The translations under genes and the position numbers were made by a program. Below, piece after piece: positions 11,435-20,540 of a stretch of DNA of 64,000 nt. Position 1 is the stretch's first letter. Every line of letters begins with the position of its first letter. The stretch is taken from the NCBI GenBank assembly GCA_035635555.1, contig DASQAT010000021.1:23975-87974 (forward strand). The letters are read 5' to 3'. This DNA is from Candidatus Dormiibacterota bacterium. GTDB taxonomy: Bacteria; Acidobacteriota; Polarisedimenticolia; Gp22-AA2. The notes under the pieces were generated by a model. It worked only from the letters and a program-made list of their open reading frames with translations, was not told the DNA's origin and did not search any database.

Positions 11435-11890
11435 TCAGCGGCGGCTGCAGGTCCCCAGGAGCTCCGCCTCGGCCAGAATGTGCCCCCGCATCGCCCGGTC
11501 GAGGTCCTTCCGGGTGGTCGTGTCCGGGAGATCGAGCGTCACGTCCAGCGCGTACAGCCTGAAAAAATAGCGGTGCGTCCCGGACGGCGGGCAGGGACCG
11601 CCGTATCCCGCGCGCCGGAAGTCGTTCATCCCCTGCCGGGTACCATCCTGGAGCGCGGCTTTCTTCGGGAGGTTCGCCGGGAGCGAACCCACGCCGGCCG
11701 GGATGTTCCAGGCGACCCAGTGGATCCACGTCCCCACCGGGGCGTCCGGGTCGTCCGCGATCAGGGCGAGCGATCGGGTTCCCGGCGCAGTCCCCGTGAA
11801 GGAGAGCGGTGGTGAGATGTCCTTGCCGTCGCAGGTGTATTCGAGCGGGATCGGGGCGCCGTGGGCGTATGCCGGACTCTTGAGTTCCAT
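11435..11890 (-). CDS. YbhB/YbcL-family phosphatidylethanolamine-binding protein (PEBP / Raf kinase inhibitor-like)
   Basis: The translation (MELKSPAYAHGAPIPLEYTCDGKDISPPLSFTG...DPDAPVGTWIHWVAWNIPAG...GYGGPCPPSGTHRYFFRLYALD) carries the classic bacterial PEBP motifs. Confidence 0.8.
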   Translation of the reverse strand: MELKSPAYAHGAPIPLEYTCDGKDISPPLSFTGTAPGTRSLALIADDPDAPVGTWIHWVAWNIPAGVGSLPANLPKKAALQDGTRQGMNDFRRAGYGGPCPPSGTHRYFFRLYALDVTLDLPDTTTRKDLDRAMRGHILAEAELLGTCSRR

Positions 11891-11975
11891 CGTGGTTCCG
11901 ATCCTACACGCAGCGAGGGCGCGCCGCGCCCAGGGACGGCCTCGCGGCGTCACCCTGGGGTAGAGTGTCGGCGCC

Positions 11976-12653
11976 GTGCAGACTCGAAGACTCGTGTGGG
12001 TCGGCCTCTTCGCCCTGGCGATGGCTTTCGTCGAGGCCGCGGTGGTGGTGTACCTGCGCCGCGTCCTCGGGGTCGTCGATCTGCTGCGCGACGTGGCGGT
12101 CTACGACCCCGCCATCGCCCTGACCGAGATCGGACGCGAGGCGGCCACACTCTTGATGCTGCTCACGGTGGGGTTCGCCACGGGGCGCTCGCTCCAGTCC
12201 CGCATCGGTTTCGCGCTGTTTGCGTTCGGCATCTGGGACATCCTGTATTACGTCTGGCTGAGGCTCCTCCTCGGCTGGCCGCGGTCGCTTCTGACTGAGG
12301 ACGTGCTGTTCCTCATCCCGGTGCCCTGGTGGGGACCGGTCCTGGCGCCGGTCCTGATAGCACTCCTATCGACCGCGTTCGGCGCCGTTCTTGTGGCCCG
12401 CGACGAGACGGGACGCGCGGTGCGCCTCGGCGGGATCGGGTGGACGGCGCTTCTCGCCGGGATGACGATCGTCCTCTACACGTTCATGGCCGACGCGATC
12501 AGCGCTCTTCCGGCCAGCGCCGAGGAGCTCGGCCGGCTGAAGCCGACCTCCTTCCTCTGGGCGCCGTACGTCGCCGGTTTCACTGCGATGGTGTTCGCTC
12601 TGTGTCGCGCGGCCCGGCCGGCATCGCGCCGGGAATCCCCCTGCGGGAGCTGA
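11976..12653 (+). CDS. hypothetical integral membrane protein
   Basis: It has 5-6 hydrophobic helices (LVWVGLFALAMAFVEAAVVVYL..., IGFALFAFGIWDILYYVWL...) and no recognisable family. It is divergent from the PEBP gene. Confidence 0.55.
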   Translation: MQTRRLVWVGLFALAMAFVEAAVVVYLRRVLGVVDLLRDVAVYDPAIALTEIGREAATLLMLLTVGFATGRSLQSRIGFALFAFGIWDILYYVWLRLLLGWPRSLLTEDVLFLIPVPWWGPVLAPVLIALLSTAFGAVLVARDETGRAVRLGGIGWTALLAGMTIVLYTFMADAISALPASAEELGRLKPTSFLWAPYVAGFTAMVFALCRAARPASRRESPCGS

Positions 12654-12664
12654 GGAGAGGCTGA

Positions 12665-14452
12665 CTACCTCCGGCTGCTTCCGTCGCCGCCCCAGATGGC
12701 TCCGTCGTCGGTGACGGAGCCGCTGGTCGAGCTGAGGGATGACCTGTTGCCGCCCCAGATGGCGCCCGAGCCCGTGACCTGCGAGTTGTCGAGAGTGGAT
12801 CGGACACCGCCGTTGCCCCCCCAGATGGCGCCGCTGCCCGAGGTGATCGAGTACGGCACCGGCGTGAGGGAGACGCCGCTGGCGCGGCCCTTCCCGTCAC
12901 CCCAGATGGCCCCCTGTGTCCAGGACGAACCCCACAGGACGGCGGTGTCCTGGATGTACACGAACCCGTCGCTGGCCGCCATGGCCAGGGGGGACTGCGC
13001 GCTCTGCGCGGAGCCGGTCGCATTGACGGCCGCATAGACGTCGAGGAACCCGGCGCCGGTCTCGAACACGAGCCGCGTGTCCTTGACCGCCGACTTCATC
13101 AGCCGCGCCTTGACAGTCGCGGGAGTGAGGGTCGGGTCCTTCTGCAGCATCAGGGCGGCGGCCCCCGCGACCATCGGGGCGGCCATCGATGTTCCCGACA
13201 GGCTGTAGTAAGCGCCGTCCTGGCTCGCGTGGGCGGGGTCGTTCTTGTAGTCGGAGATCTGCAGCGTGAGCTCGTGGTGCTGGGTGTCCAGCCAGGAGGA
13301 GACGGAGCGGGCCGAGACGATCCAGGTGCCCGGAGCGACCAGGTCCGGCTTGACGACGAAATCGACGAGGGACGGTCCCTTGCTCGAGTACCACGCCAGG
13401 ACGTCGTCGCTGGTAGGGACCGTGTTCCGGTCGGCGATGGCACCGACGGTCACCGCGACGGGGCTGTTCGCGGGGCTGGTGATCGTCCCGAATCCGCTCC
13501 CGACCGCTCCGTCGTTGCCGGCGGCCACCACCACGACGATCCCCTTGCGGACCGCGGCGGCCACCGCCCGGCACAGGGGATCGGTCCGGTACGACTCGTA
13601 GACCGGGTGGCCGAGGGACAGGTTGAGAACGCGGATGTTGTAGGTGGCGGCGTTCTTCACCACCCAGTCGATCCCCTTGATGACGTCGGAGGTGCGGCCC
13701 GTCCCATCCGGCGCCAGGGCGCGGACCGAGATCAGCTGCGCGTCGGGCGCCAGGCCGCGGAACTTGCGGAACGACAGGCTGTCGCTCGACGCCGCACCGT
13801 TGCCGTTGAGGATGCCGGCGACGTGCGTCCCGTGACCGTAGTAGTCCTGGAGCCCGGTCTCGTGACCGACGACCTCGACCTCCAGCGCCTGCTTCGCCCC
13901 GTACGGCCTCTGGAAATCCTGATGGAGCTGCACGCCCGTGTCGACCAGGGCGATGGCGAGGCCCTTGCCGGTCAGCCCGGTCCCCCACCATCCGGAGAGG
14001 GCGGCGGCACGATCCCCCCGAATGGCGGGGTAGGCAATGTCCAGGTGCGCCTTCACCGGAAGGTCGCCCGAGATCCGCTCGACGTTCGAGTTCGCCGCCA
14101 GCTGCGCCAGCGACCCGGCCGAGATCTTCGCCGAATACCCGGTGATGCTCGTATGGGTGGCCGTGAGCGTTCCGCCCAGGCTCTGGAGCAGGTTCAGGTC
14201 GCTGTAACTCGGCGCCTGGTAGGTCTGGACGACAATCGCGACCTGCGCATCCGCCGGCCCGCCCGCCTCCTGCACCACGTCGTCCGAGGCCTTGCCGAAC
14301 AGGAGATCGGTCACCGCCCCGAGCAGCGACACGACAGGCGAGAGCAGGGAGCCCAGCAGCCCCGCCTGGGCGGGGAGCGGGAACAGGACCGTGAAGAGGA
14401 CGAGGATGATGGCGGTGATCGATCGGGTCAGGGGACGGCTTCGGTTCGTCAT
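12665..14452 (-). CDS. secreted subtilisin-like S8 serine peptidase with C-terminal GAIWGG tetra-repeat tail
   Basis: The start is M51 of ORF 12665..14602 (MTNRSRPLTRSITAIILVLF..., signal/anchor). The S8 triad motifs are ALVDTGV (Asp), HGTHVAG (His) and GTSMAAP (Ser). The C-terminus reads GAIWGDG...GAIWGGNGG...GAIWGGNRS...GAIWGGDGSSRR. Confidence 0.85.
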   Translation of the reverse strand: MTNRSRPLTRSITAIILVLFTVLFPLPAQAGLLGSLLSPVVSLLGAVTDLLFGKASDDVVQEAGGPADAQVAIVVQTYQAPSYSDLNLLQSLGGTLTATHTSITGYSAKISAGSLAQLAANSNVERISGDLPVKAHLDIAYPAIRGDRAAALSGWWGTGLTGKGLAIALVDTGVQLHQDFQRPYGAKQALEVEVVGHETGLQDYYGHGTHVAGILNGNGAASSDSLSFRKFRGLAPDAQLISVRALAPDGTGRTSDVIKGIDWVVKNAATYNIRVLNLSLGHPVYESYRTDPLCRAVAAAVRKGIVVVVAAGNDGAVGSGFGTITSPANSPVAVTVGAIADRNTVPTSDDVLAWYSSKGPSLVDFVVKPDLVAPGTWIVSARSVSSWLDTQHHELTLQISDYKNDPAHASQDGAYYSLSGTSMAAPMVAGAAALMLQKDPTLTPATVKARLMKSAVKDTRLVFETGAGFLDVYAAVNATGSAQSAQSPLAMAASDGFVYIQDTAVLWGSSWTQGAIWGDGKGRASGVSLTPVPYSITSGSGAIWGGNGGVRSTLDNSQVTGSGAIWGGNRSSLSSTSGSVTDDGAIWGGDGSSRR

Positions 14453-14745
14453 GCGTCCCCTCTGTGCAAGCCTTCTGCCAGATGGGAGTCCGGTGGGGAC
14501 CTTGCCGGAATTCACGACGGTGCAAGGACTTCGAGCGAACGATCGGGGAAGACGTGTCGCGGCCCCCAAAAATCGCGCTGTCGCGGCTGACGACAGCCCC
14601 ACCCGGCGTGGCGGTCGGGAAATGCCGCTAAACCCATGGACTCAAGGGCCTTCGAGCCTGTGCCCGTAAATCGTACAGTCCGTGTCCAGCCTCTGGTCAA
14701 ACGGACTGGCGGAACGAGTGCCCGGAGCCCGCTCGATCGTCGTTC

Positions 14746-15240
14746 CTAGTGGTCCACCACCTCGAGCGACACGCGCAGCCGGGCGTCTCCCTCCGCCGGG
14801 AGCAGGTCGACGGGCACGACGAGGTAGCCGGTGCCGTGAGCCTCCTTCTTTTCTTCGGCATCGATCCCTTCGATCGTCGTCGATTTCACCACCCGGTCCG
14901 CGGCGAGGACCTCGATCGTCACGTCGACCCGCTTGTCATGGCCCGGCTTCGTGAAGGTCGTGACCTTGAAGGTGACCTCGAGCTCCCCCTGGGCGTTCTT
15001 CTTCGCCCTGGAGCGGAACTCGATCACCGCCACGTCGTGGCAGTACATCTCCTTGAGGTCGGTGCTCGAGACCCAGGTGTTCCAGGAGCGCGGGCTCGCG
15101 GATGCGAAAGGGAGGGTCACGCCGCCGGGCGCGCACAGCGTCTCGCTCCGCGCCGGCGCCTGCTCCTGGGCCTGGAGCGGAAGCAGGAGCGCTATTCCGG
15201 AGAGAACGGCGATCGGGATCCAGCGGGACAGAGTCTTCAT
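14746..15240 (-). CDS. secreted hypothetical protein (164 aa)
   Basis: It has a signal peptide (MKTLSRWIPIAVLSGIALLLPLQAQEQ) and no recognisable family. It is on the same strand as the S8 peptidase and upstream of it. Confidence 0.55.
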   Translation of the reverse strand: MKTLSRWIPIAVLSGIALLLPLQAQEQAPARSETLCAPGGVTLPFASASPRSWNTWVSSTDLKEMYCHDVAVIEFRSRAKKNAQGELEVTFKVTTFTKPGHDKRVDVTIEVLAADRVVKSTTIEGIDAEEKKEAHGTGYLVVPVDLLPAEGDARLRVSLEVVDH

Positions 15241-15328
15241 GTGGGTCTCCTCGGGCGAGAGGGACAGGATCGGTCCGCATCATACGCGCATTGATCGGGA
15301 CGCTTCCAGAGGCTAGACTCCACGCACC

Positions 15329-16063
15329 ATGAGCGAGCCTGTCGGCGGTCGCGGGACCGGCAACGGCCGGGGCGTCACGATCGTCCTGTTCGACATCGAC
15401 GGAACCCTTCTGACGACTGCGGGCGCGGCGCGCGCGGCCTTCGCCCGCGGCCTCACCGAGGCCGCCGGCCGGCCGATCAACCCCGACGGTTATTCGTTCT
15501 CGGGGCGCACCGACCCCCAGATCGCCCGCGACATCCTGTCGAGTCACGGACTGAGCGAGGCGGAGCTGGGGACGGCGATCCCGGAGTCGATCCGGCTGTA
15601 TCTGAAGTATTTCGCCGGGGCCCCGAGCCTGGACAAGGCACGCCTCCTGCCCGGTGTGACGGATCTCCTGAATGCGCTCTCCACGCGCGGCGCCGCGCGC
15701 ACGGCCCTTCTGACCGGCAACGTCGAACCGGGGGCCCGCCTGAAGCTCGGACACTTCGGAATCGCCGGGTACTTCGATTTCACGCTGAGCTGCTTCGGAA
15801 GCGACGACGCCGACCGCTACCGGCTGCCGGCCCTGGCGCTCGAGCGGGCGCGCCGGCACGTCGGTCCGGAGGTGGCGGGAAACCAGCTCGTCGTCGTGGG
15901 CGACAGCGATCATGACGTGCTGTGCGGCAAATCGATCGGCGCCCGATCGGTGGCGGTCTGCACCGGCTGGACGCCGGCCCCTGTCCTGCGATCCCTGCGG
16001 CCGGACGCTCTGCTCGACGATCTGTCCGACACCGAGCGGGCGCTCGAGGCGATCCTGCGCTGA
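15329..16063 (+). CDS. HAD-superfamily hydrolase
   Basis: It carries HAD motif I (IVLFDIDGTLL). Downstream Rossmann-like motifs include VVVGDSDHDVLCG. Confidence 0.75.
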   Translation: MSEPVGGRGTGNGRGVTIVLFDIDGTLLTTAGAARAAFARGLTEAAGRPINPDGYSFSGRTDPQIARDILSSHGLSEAELGTAIPESIRLYLKYFAGAPSLDKARLLPGVTDLLNALSTRGAARTALLTGNVEPGARLKLGHFGIAGYFDFTLSCFGSDDADRYRLPALALERARRHVGPEVAGNQLVVVGDSDHDVLCGKSIGARSVAVCTGWTPAPVLRSLRPDALLDDLSDTERALEAILR

Positions 16064-16078
16064 CGCGGCCTCACGGAG

Positions 16079-17146
16079 GTGCGCACGACCCGCGGAACGG
16101 TCCGCTTCGAGAGGAAGACGATCGAGCTCGGCCTGCGGCGTCCCTGGACGATCGCGCGCGGGACGAGCGCCGTGAAGACGAACGTCCTGACCCGCCTGCG
16201 GTACGACGATATCGAAGGGCTGGGAGAAGCGGCTCCCAATGCGCGCTACGGCGAGAGCGCCGTCTCGGTCCTGAAGTCCCTCGGGACCCTGGCCCCGCTC
16301 ATCGGAGAAGACCCCTCGCGTCTGGACGAGATCCTCGATCGGGTCGACGCGGCGCTGCCCGGCGGGAACTCCGCGAAGGCCTCGATCGACATCGCGCTGC
16401 ACGACTGGGCCGGCCGGCGCGAGGGGGTCCCTCTGTGGCGCAGGTTCGGGGCCGACCCGGGCAAGGCGCCGCTCACGTCCATGTCGATCGGCCTGGACGA
16501 CCTCGAGGTCATGCAGGAGAAGGTCCGCGAGGCGGCCGGATTCCAGATCTTCAAGATCAAGGCCGGCCTGGCGGACGACCGGCGGATCATCGAGGGGATT
16601 CGCCGCGTGACCGGGCGGCCGTTGTACGTGGACGCGAACGAGGCGTGGACCGATCCGGACCGGGCCGTCGAGATGATCCGCTGGCTGGCGGGGATGGGTG
16701 TCGTCCTGGTGGAGCAGCCGCTGCCGGCGTCCGACCTCGAAGGGGCGAAGCGCGTCCGCGACCGGGTCGATCTGCCGATCCTTGCCGACGAGGCGGTCCT
16801 GACCGTGGACGACATCGCGCCGCTGGCGCAGGCGTACGACGGGATCAACGTGAAGGTGCAGAAGTCGGGTGGTCTGCGCATGGCGCGGCGCATGATCGCC
16901 GCCGCGCGTTCCCTCGGCATGAAGGTCATGCTCGGCTGCATGATCGAGACGTCGATCGGCATCACCGCCGCGGCGCACCTGTCGCCGCTCGTCGATTTCG
17001 CCGATCTCGACGGCAACCTGCTTCTCGCCGACGACCCGTTCCGGGGGGTGCTCGTGCAGGCCGGGCGGCTGGTCCTGACCGACCGACCGGGACTGGGGAT
17101 CGAGGGGGACTTCGACGCGCTCCCGGAAAATACTGGTGGACGATAA
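16079..17146 (+). CDS. dipeptide epimerase (L-Ala-D/L-Glu epimerase-like, enolase/MR-MLE superfamily)
   Basis: The translation is typical of MLE/dipeptide epimerases (QIFKIKAGLADDRRIIEGIRRVTGRPLYVDANEAWT...LVEQPLPASDL...KVQKSGGLRMARRMIAAA...GCMIETSIGITAAAHL). It has a GTG start. Confidence 0.8.
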   Translation: MRTTRGTVRFERKTIELGLRRPWTIARGTSAVKTNVLTRLRYDDIEGLGEAAPNARYGESAVSVLKSLGTLAPLIGEDPSRLDEILDRVDAALPGGNSAKASIDIALHDWAGRREGVPLWRRFGADPGKAPLTSMSIGLDDLEVMQEKVREAAGFQIFKIKAGLADDRRIIEGIRRVTGRPLYVDANEAWTDPDRAVEMIRWLAGMGVVLVEQPLPASDLEGAKRVRDRVDLPILADEAVLTVDDIAPLAQAYDGINVKVQKSGGLRMARRMIAAARSLGMKVMLGCMIETSIGITAAAHLSPLVDFADLDGNLLLADDPFRGVLVQAGRLVLTDRPGLGIEGDFDALPENTGGR

Positions 17147-17209
17147 ACCTTTTGCGCGGTAAGAAGCTCCCATAACCGAGACATCGGGTCCTGTCCAGGG
17201 AGGGACGCC

Positions 17210-19111
17210 ATGAACCGGAAGCGCTCCGTTTCGTCTTTCCCCGCACTGCTTCTCGTCCTCGCCTCCGGGGTCGGTCCGGCGGTCGCGGCCCCGCCGGGGG
17301 AGGTCACCGGCGACCGGATCGACCAGAACTCCCAGCTGACCTGGACCGCCGTCGCCGGGGCGGACGACTACAACGTCTACCGGGGGGAGGTCGCCTGGCT
17401 CCGGTCCCGGACCGGGGCGGAGTGCCACGGCGACGAGATCGCCGGCACGTCGTTCGCGACCCCCCTGCAACCCTCCGCCGGCCACGGATACTTCTATCTC
17501 GTCACCGCCGAGTCGAACCTGAACGGCGAGGGGACCCCGGGGAACGACACGAGCGGCACCCCCAGGCCTCTGCGCGGCTCCTGCGACCGGATCATGCGTC
17601 ACCACTACCTCGATCGCCTCGGGTACGGGTGGAACGAGTGGACGCGCGACCGGTTCACGGCGCTGGGCCGGCAGGGCTACATCGACGAGCAGCTGAATCC
17701 GGCGTCGATCGACGAGTCCACCAACACCGATCTCGTGACCCGCTCCTCGACCCTGGTGCCGCCGGACACGATCCAGGAGCTGCAGGGGCTCGACCTCGTC
17801 CGCGCGGTGTACGCCCGGCGCCAGCTCGAGCAGCAGGCCACCCTGTTCTGGGACAACCACTTCAACACCGACTACCACGAGAGCTTCGATTTCTTCTCCT
17901 TCTACCAGACGCTGTTTCCGGCCACGCGTCTCTACGAGTCGGCGAAATTCCATTTCGATCTCCAGAACTCGCTCCGGGGCCTGGCGTTCAACGGCACGTT
18001 CCGGGAGATCGTCGAGGCGAGCTCGATGAGCCCCGCCATGATCGTCTTCCTCGACACCGACAGCAACGTCAAGAGCGCCCCGAACGAGAACTTCGCCCGC
18101 GAGCTGATGGAGCTGCACACCCTGGGGGTGGACGGGGGCTACACGCAGCAGGACGTGGTGGCCCTCGCGCGCGTGTTCACCGGCTGGAACGTCTGCAAGA
18201 AGGCGGACGCCGACGCCGGCGATCCCCTGGCGGCCTGCATCCCGCGCAACACTTACGGCACCGCGACCGAGCCGCTGGGGCAGTTCGTACGCAACTTCCG
18301 CATCAACCAGCACGACACCGGCCAGAAGATCCTGTTCGCCGGCACGCCGTACCAGGCGGTCATCCCGGACACGTCGGCCAATCCGGCGAACGGGATCAAC
18401 GACGCCGACCTGGCGCTGGACGCCATCGTGGCGCACCCCTCCACGGCGCGCTTCATCGCCAAGGAGCTCTTGCAGCGGTTCGTGGACGAGGACCCGCCGT
18501 CGTCGATGATCGACACCGTCGTGGCCGCCTGGAACAACCCGGCCAACCCGCGCGGAGTCGGCGACCTGCGCGAGGTGCTGCGGGCCGTCCTGGCGCTGCA
18601 GGAGTTCAAGAGTCCCGACTTCGTGGGGCGGAAGATCAAGACGCCGTTCGAGCACGTCGCCTCGGCTCTGCGCACGGTGCGCGGCAAGACCGACGGAGCG
18701 ACCATCACGAGGCTGTACCTGACGCCGCTCCAGGAGGTGTTCCACGTGAACCCGGTCCCGACCGGCTACTCCGAGCTGGGCGGTGACTGGCTCGACACCA
18801 ACAATCTCCTGGTGAGGCAGAATTTCGGGCTGGACCTCGGCTCGCGCACCGGCACCGCCTTCGGCAACGATGTCATCGGGCTCCTCAACGCCAACGGCGT
18901 CGCGACCGCCCCGGCGCCCAACAACGCCCCGGCCATCGTCGACTTCCTCTCGGAGGCGATGTTCGGATCGGCGCTGACCGGCGCCGAGCGGCAGGCGGCG
19001 ATCGACTACCTGAACACCGATGACACGGGCGCCGTGAGTCCCTACAACGACGCGCGCATCCGCGAGACCGCCGGTTTTCTCCTCGGCTACCCCCAGTTCA
19101 TCGAGCAGTAG
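17210..19111 (+). CDS. DUF1800 family secreted protein with an extra N-terminal FN3-like Cys-bracketed module
   Basis: Signal peptide (ALLLVLASGVGPAVAAPPGE) with GGGAGGG 7 nt upstream. The DUF1800 core follows (FWDNHFNTDY...ARELMELHTLGVDGGYTQQDVVALARVFTGW). Residues about 40-128 carry the shared module (LTWTAVAGADDYNVYRG..C..GHGYFYLVTAESNLNGEG..C). Confidence 0.8.
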   Translation: MNRKRSVSSFPALLLVLASGVGPAVAAPPGEVTGDRIDQNSQLTWTAVAGADDYNVYRGEVAWLRSRTGAECHGDEIAGTSFATPLQPSAGHGYFYLVTAESNLNGEGTPGNDTSGTPRPLRGSCDRIMRHHYLDRLGYGWNEWTRDRFTALGRQGYIDEQLNPASIDESTNTDLVTRSSTLVPPDTIQELQGLDLVRAVYARRQLEQQATLFWDNHFNTDYHESFDFFSFYQTLFPATRLYESAKFHFDLQNSLRGLAFNGTFREIVEASSMSPAMIVFLDTDSNVKSAPNENFARELMELHTLGVDGGYTQQDVVALARVFTGWNVCKKADADAGDPLAACIPRNTYGTATEPLGQFVRNFRINQHDTGQKILFAGTPYQAVIPDTSANPANGINDADLALDAIVAHPSTARFIAKELLQRFVDEDPPSSMIDTVVAAWNNPANPRGVGDLREVLRAVLALQEFKSPDFVGRKIKTPFEHVASALRTVRGKTDGATITRLYLTPLQEVFHVNPVPTGYSELGGDWLDTNNLLVRQNFGLDLGSRTGTAFGNDVIGLLNANGVATAPAPNNAPAIVDFLSEAMFGSALTGAERQAAIDYLNTDDTGAVSPYNDARIRETAGFLLGYPQFIEQ

Positions 19112-19120
19112 GAGGAACGC

Positions 19121-20533
19121 ATGGACCCGACGAAGGATTGTGACTGCTCGCGCCGGTCGTTCCTGAAGGGGGCCGGGCTGACCCTCAGCGGATTCTCGAT
19201 CGCCTCGCTCTTCCCGGGACCGTGGATCCGCTTCGCCATGGGGGCCGGGCCGTTCAACAACAGACGGCTGCTGTTCATCTTCCTGCGCGGCGGCAACGAC
19301 GGACTGAACACGGTCATTCCCGCGGGCGATGTCGACTACAACACGCTCAACCGTCCGACGCTGTACATCCCCCCGACCGCGTCGCTCGACCTGAACGGCT
19401 TCGCCCACCTGCACCCGGCCCTCGCCGACCTGATGGAGATCTACAACGCCAACAACCTGGCCGTGGTGCACCGCGTGGGGTTCCCGAACAACAGCCGGTC
19501 GCATTTCGACGACCAGCGGACCTGGGAGAACGGCGACCCGGCCGATCCGAAATCCTACGAAGGCTGGCTGTACCGCTACATCGTTCAGAGCGCCATCGAC
19601 CAGGGGGTGCGTCTTCCGGCCATCACGGTGCAGGCGCTGCCGCCGGTGATCGTGAGGGGGGACGAAAAGTTCGTGAACGTGGCGAACCCCGACTCGTTCG
19701 ATTACATCTTCCCCGATCCGAAACGCTCCAAGTTCATGAACTCCTGGCGCAACGTGTACTCGAGCCTCACGGGGCTCGAGCCGTTCCGTCCGGCGCTCAC
19801 CGACACCAGCGTCAAGCTGATCGACACCCTGGACGAGTACCGCTCGTGGGACCAGCTGCACTGGGACCCGAAAGACCCGAACACGGGGTACTCTCTCTTC
19901 CCGGTCAGCGACGCGACCAATCCTCCCGATCCCGCGGGGCCGGGCGGCCTGAAGTTCGCGGCCACCAGCTACCCGTTCTTCAAATCGCTCAAGATTTGCG
20001 CCCTGGCGTTCCTGGAGAGCGACGCGGCCAACCAGAACGGCACGCGGGTCGCCGGCACCGAGCTGTCGAGCTTCGACACGCACAACAGCCAGGGCTCGAC
20101 CGCGGGCACGCAGGCGACGCTCCTGTCCTGGCTGGCCTACGGCATGCGGTCGCTGCACGTCGTCCTGTCGGGGGCGGCGGTCGATCCGCGCAACTACGCG
20201 TCGGTCTGGCAGGACACCGCGGTGGTGACGTTGTCGGAATTCGGACGCACGTCCAAGGAGAACGGCAGCGTCGGCACCGATCACGCTGCCGCCTCGTGCC
20301 TGTTCGTCGCCGGCGGCGACGTAACAGGAGGAGTCTACAACTGCGACGATTCGACCTGGCCGAAGGGAGTCATGTTCGGGGACTCGGGGCGGTACCTGCT
20401 GGTGAGAACCGACTACCGCGCCATCTTCTGGGAGATCCTGCGCGATCACATGGGGGCGTCGGCGTCGGCCGCCGACACGGTGTTCCCGGGATACTCGTCG
20501 CTTGGTCTCGCCGAGCTGAACCTGATCGCGTAG
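19121..20533 (+). CDS. DUF1501 family protein (sulfatase/alkaline-phosphatase-like fold) with twin-arginine signal
   Basis: Tat motif SRRSFLKGAG; GGAGGA RBS. Typical DUF1501 sequence (LLFIFLRGGNDGLNTVIP...SEFGRTSKENGSVGTDHAAASCLFVAGG). It follows DUF1800 after a 9-nt gap, which is the canonical DUF1800/DUF1501 pairing. Confidence 0.85.
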   Translation: MDPTKDCDCSRRSFLKGAGLTLSGFSIASLFPGPWIRFAMGAGPFNNRRLLFIFLRGGNDGLNTVIPAGDVDYNTLNRPTLYIPPTASLDLNGFAHLHPALADLMEIYNANNLAVVHRVGFPNNSRSHFDDQRTWENGDPADPKSYEGWLYRYIVQSAIDQGVRLPAITVQALPPVIVRGDEKFVNVANPDSFDYIFPDPKRSKFMNSWRNVYSSLTGLEPFRPALTDTSVKLIDTLDEYRSWDQLHWDPKDPNTGYSLFPVSDATNPPDPAGPGGLKFAATSYPFFKSLKICALAFLESDAANQNGTRVAGTELSSFDTHNSQGSTAGTQATLLSWLAYGMRSLHVVLSGAAVDPRNYASVWQDTAVVTLSEFGRTSKENGSVGTDHAAASCLFVAGGDVTGGVYNCDDSTWPKGVMFGDSGRYLLVRTDYRAIFWEILRDHMGASASAADTVFPGYSSLGLAELNLIA

Positions 20534-20540
20534 AGAGAGC

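Noticed and set aside
8277-11570. A 1097-aa plus-strand ORF. Also the minus-strand ORF 8827..10347.
   Set aside because: Both are shadows of the DUF349 gene (complement 8583..11354), which has clear repeat architecture. Their translations are dominated by R/G/A/P.
14676-14708. An inverted repeat CAGTCCGT-N17-ACGGACTG downstream (minus strand) of the 164-aa secreted protein gene, considered as a terminator. Coordinates are approximate to within 1 nt.
   Set aside because: The stem is only 8 bp with a long loop and a weak U-tract. The S8 gene lies 200 nt further on the same strand and could be co-transcribed.
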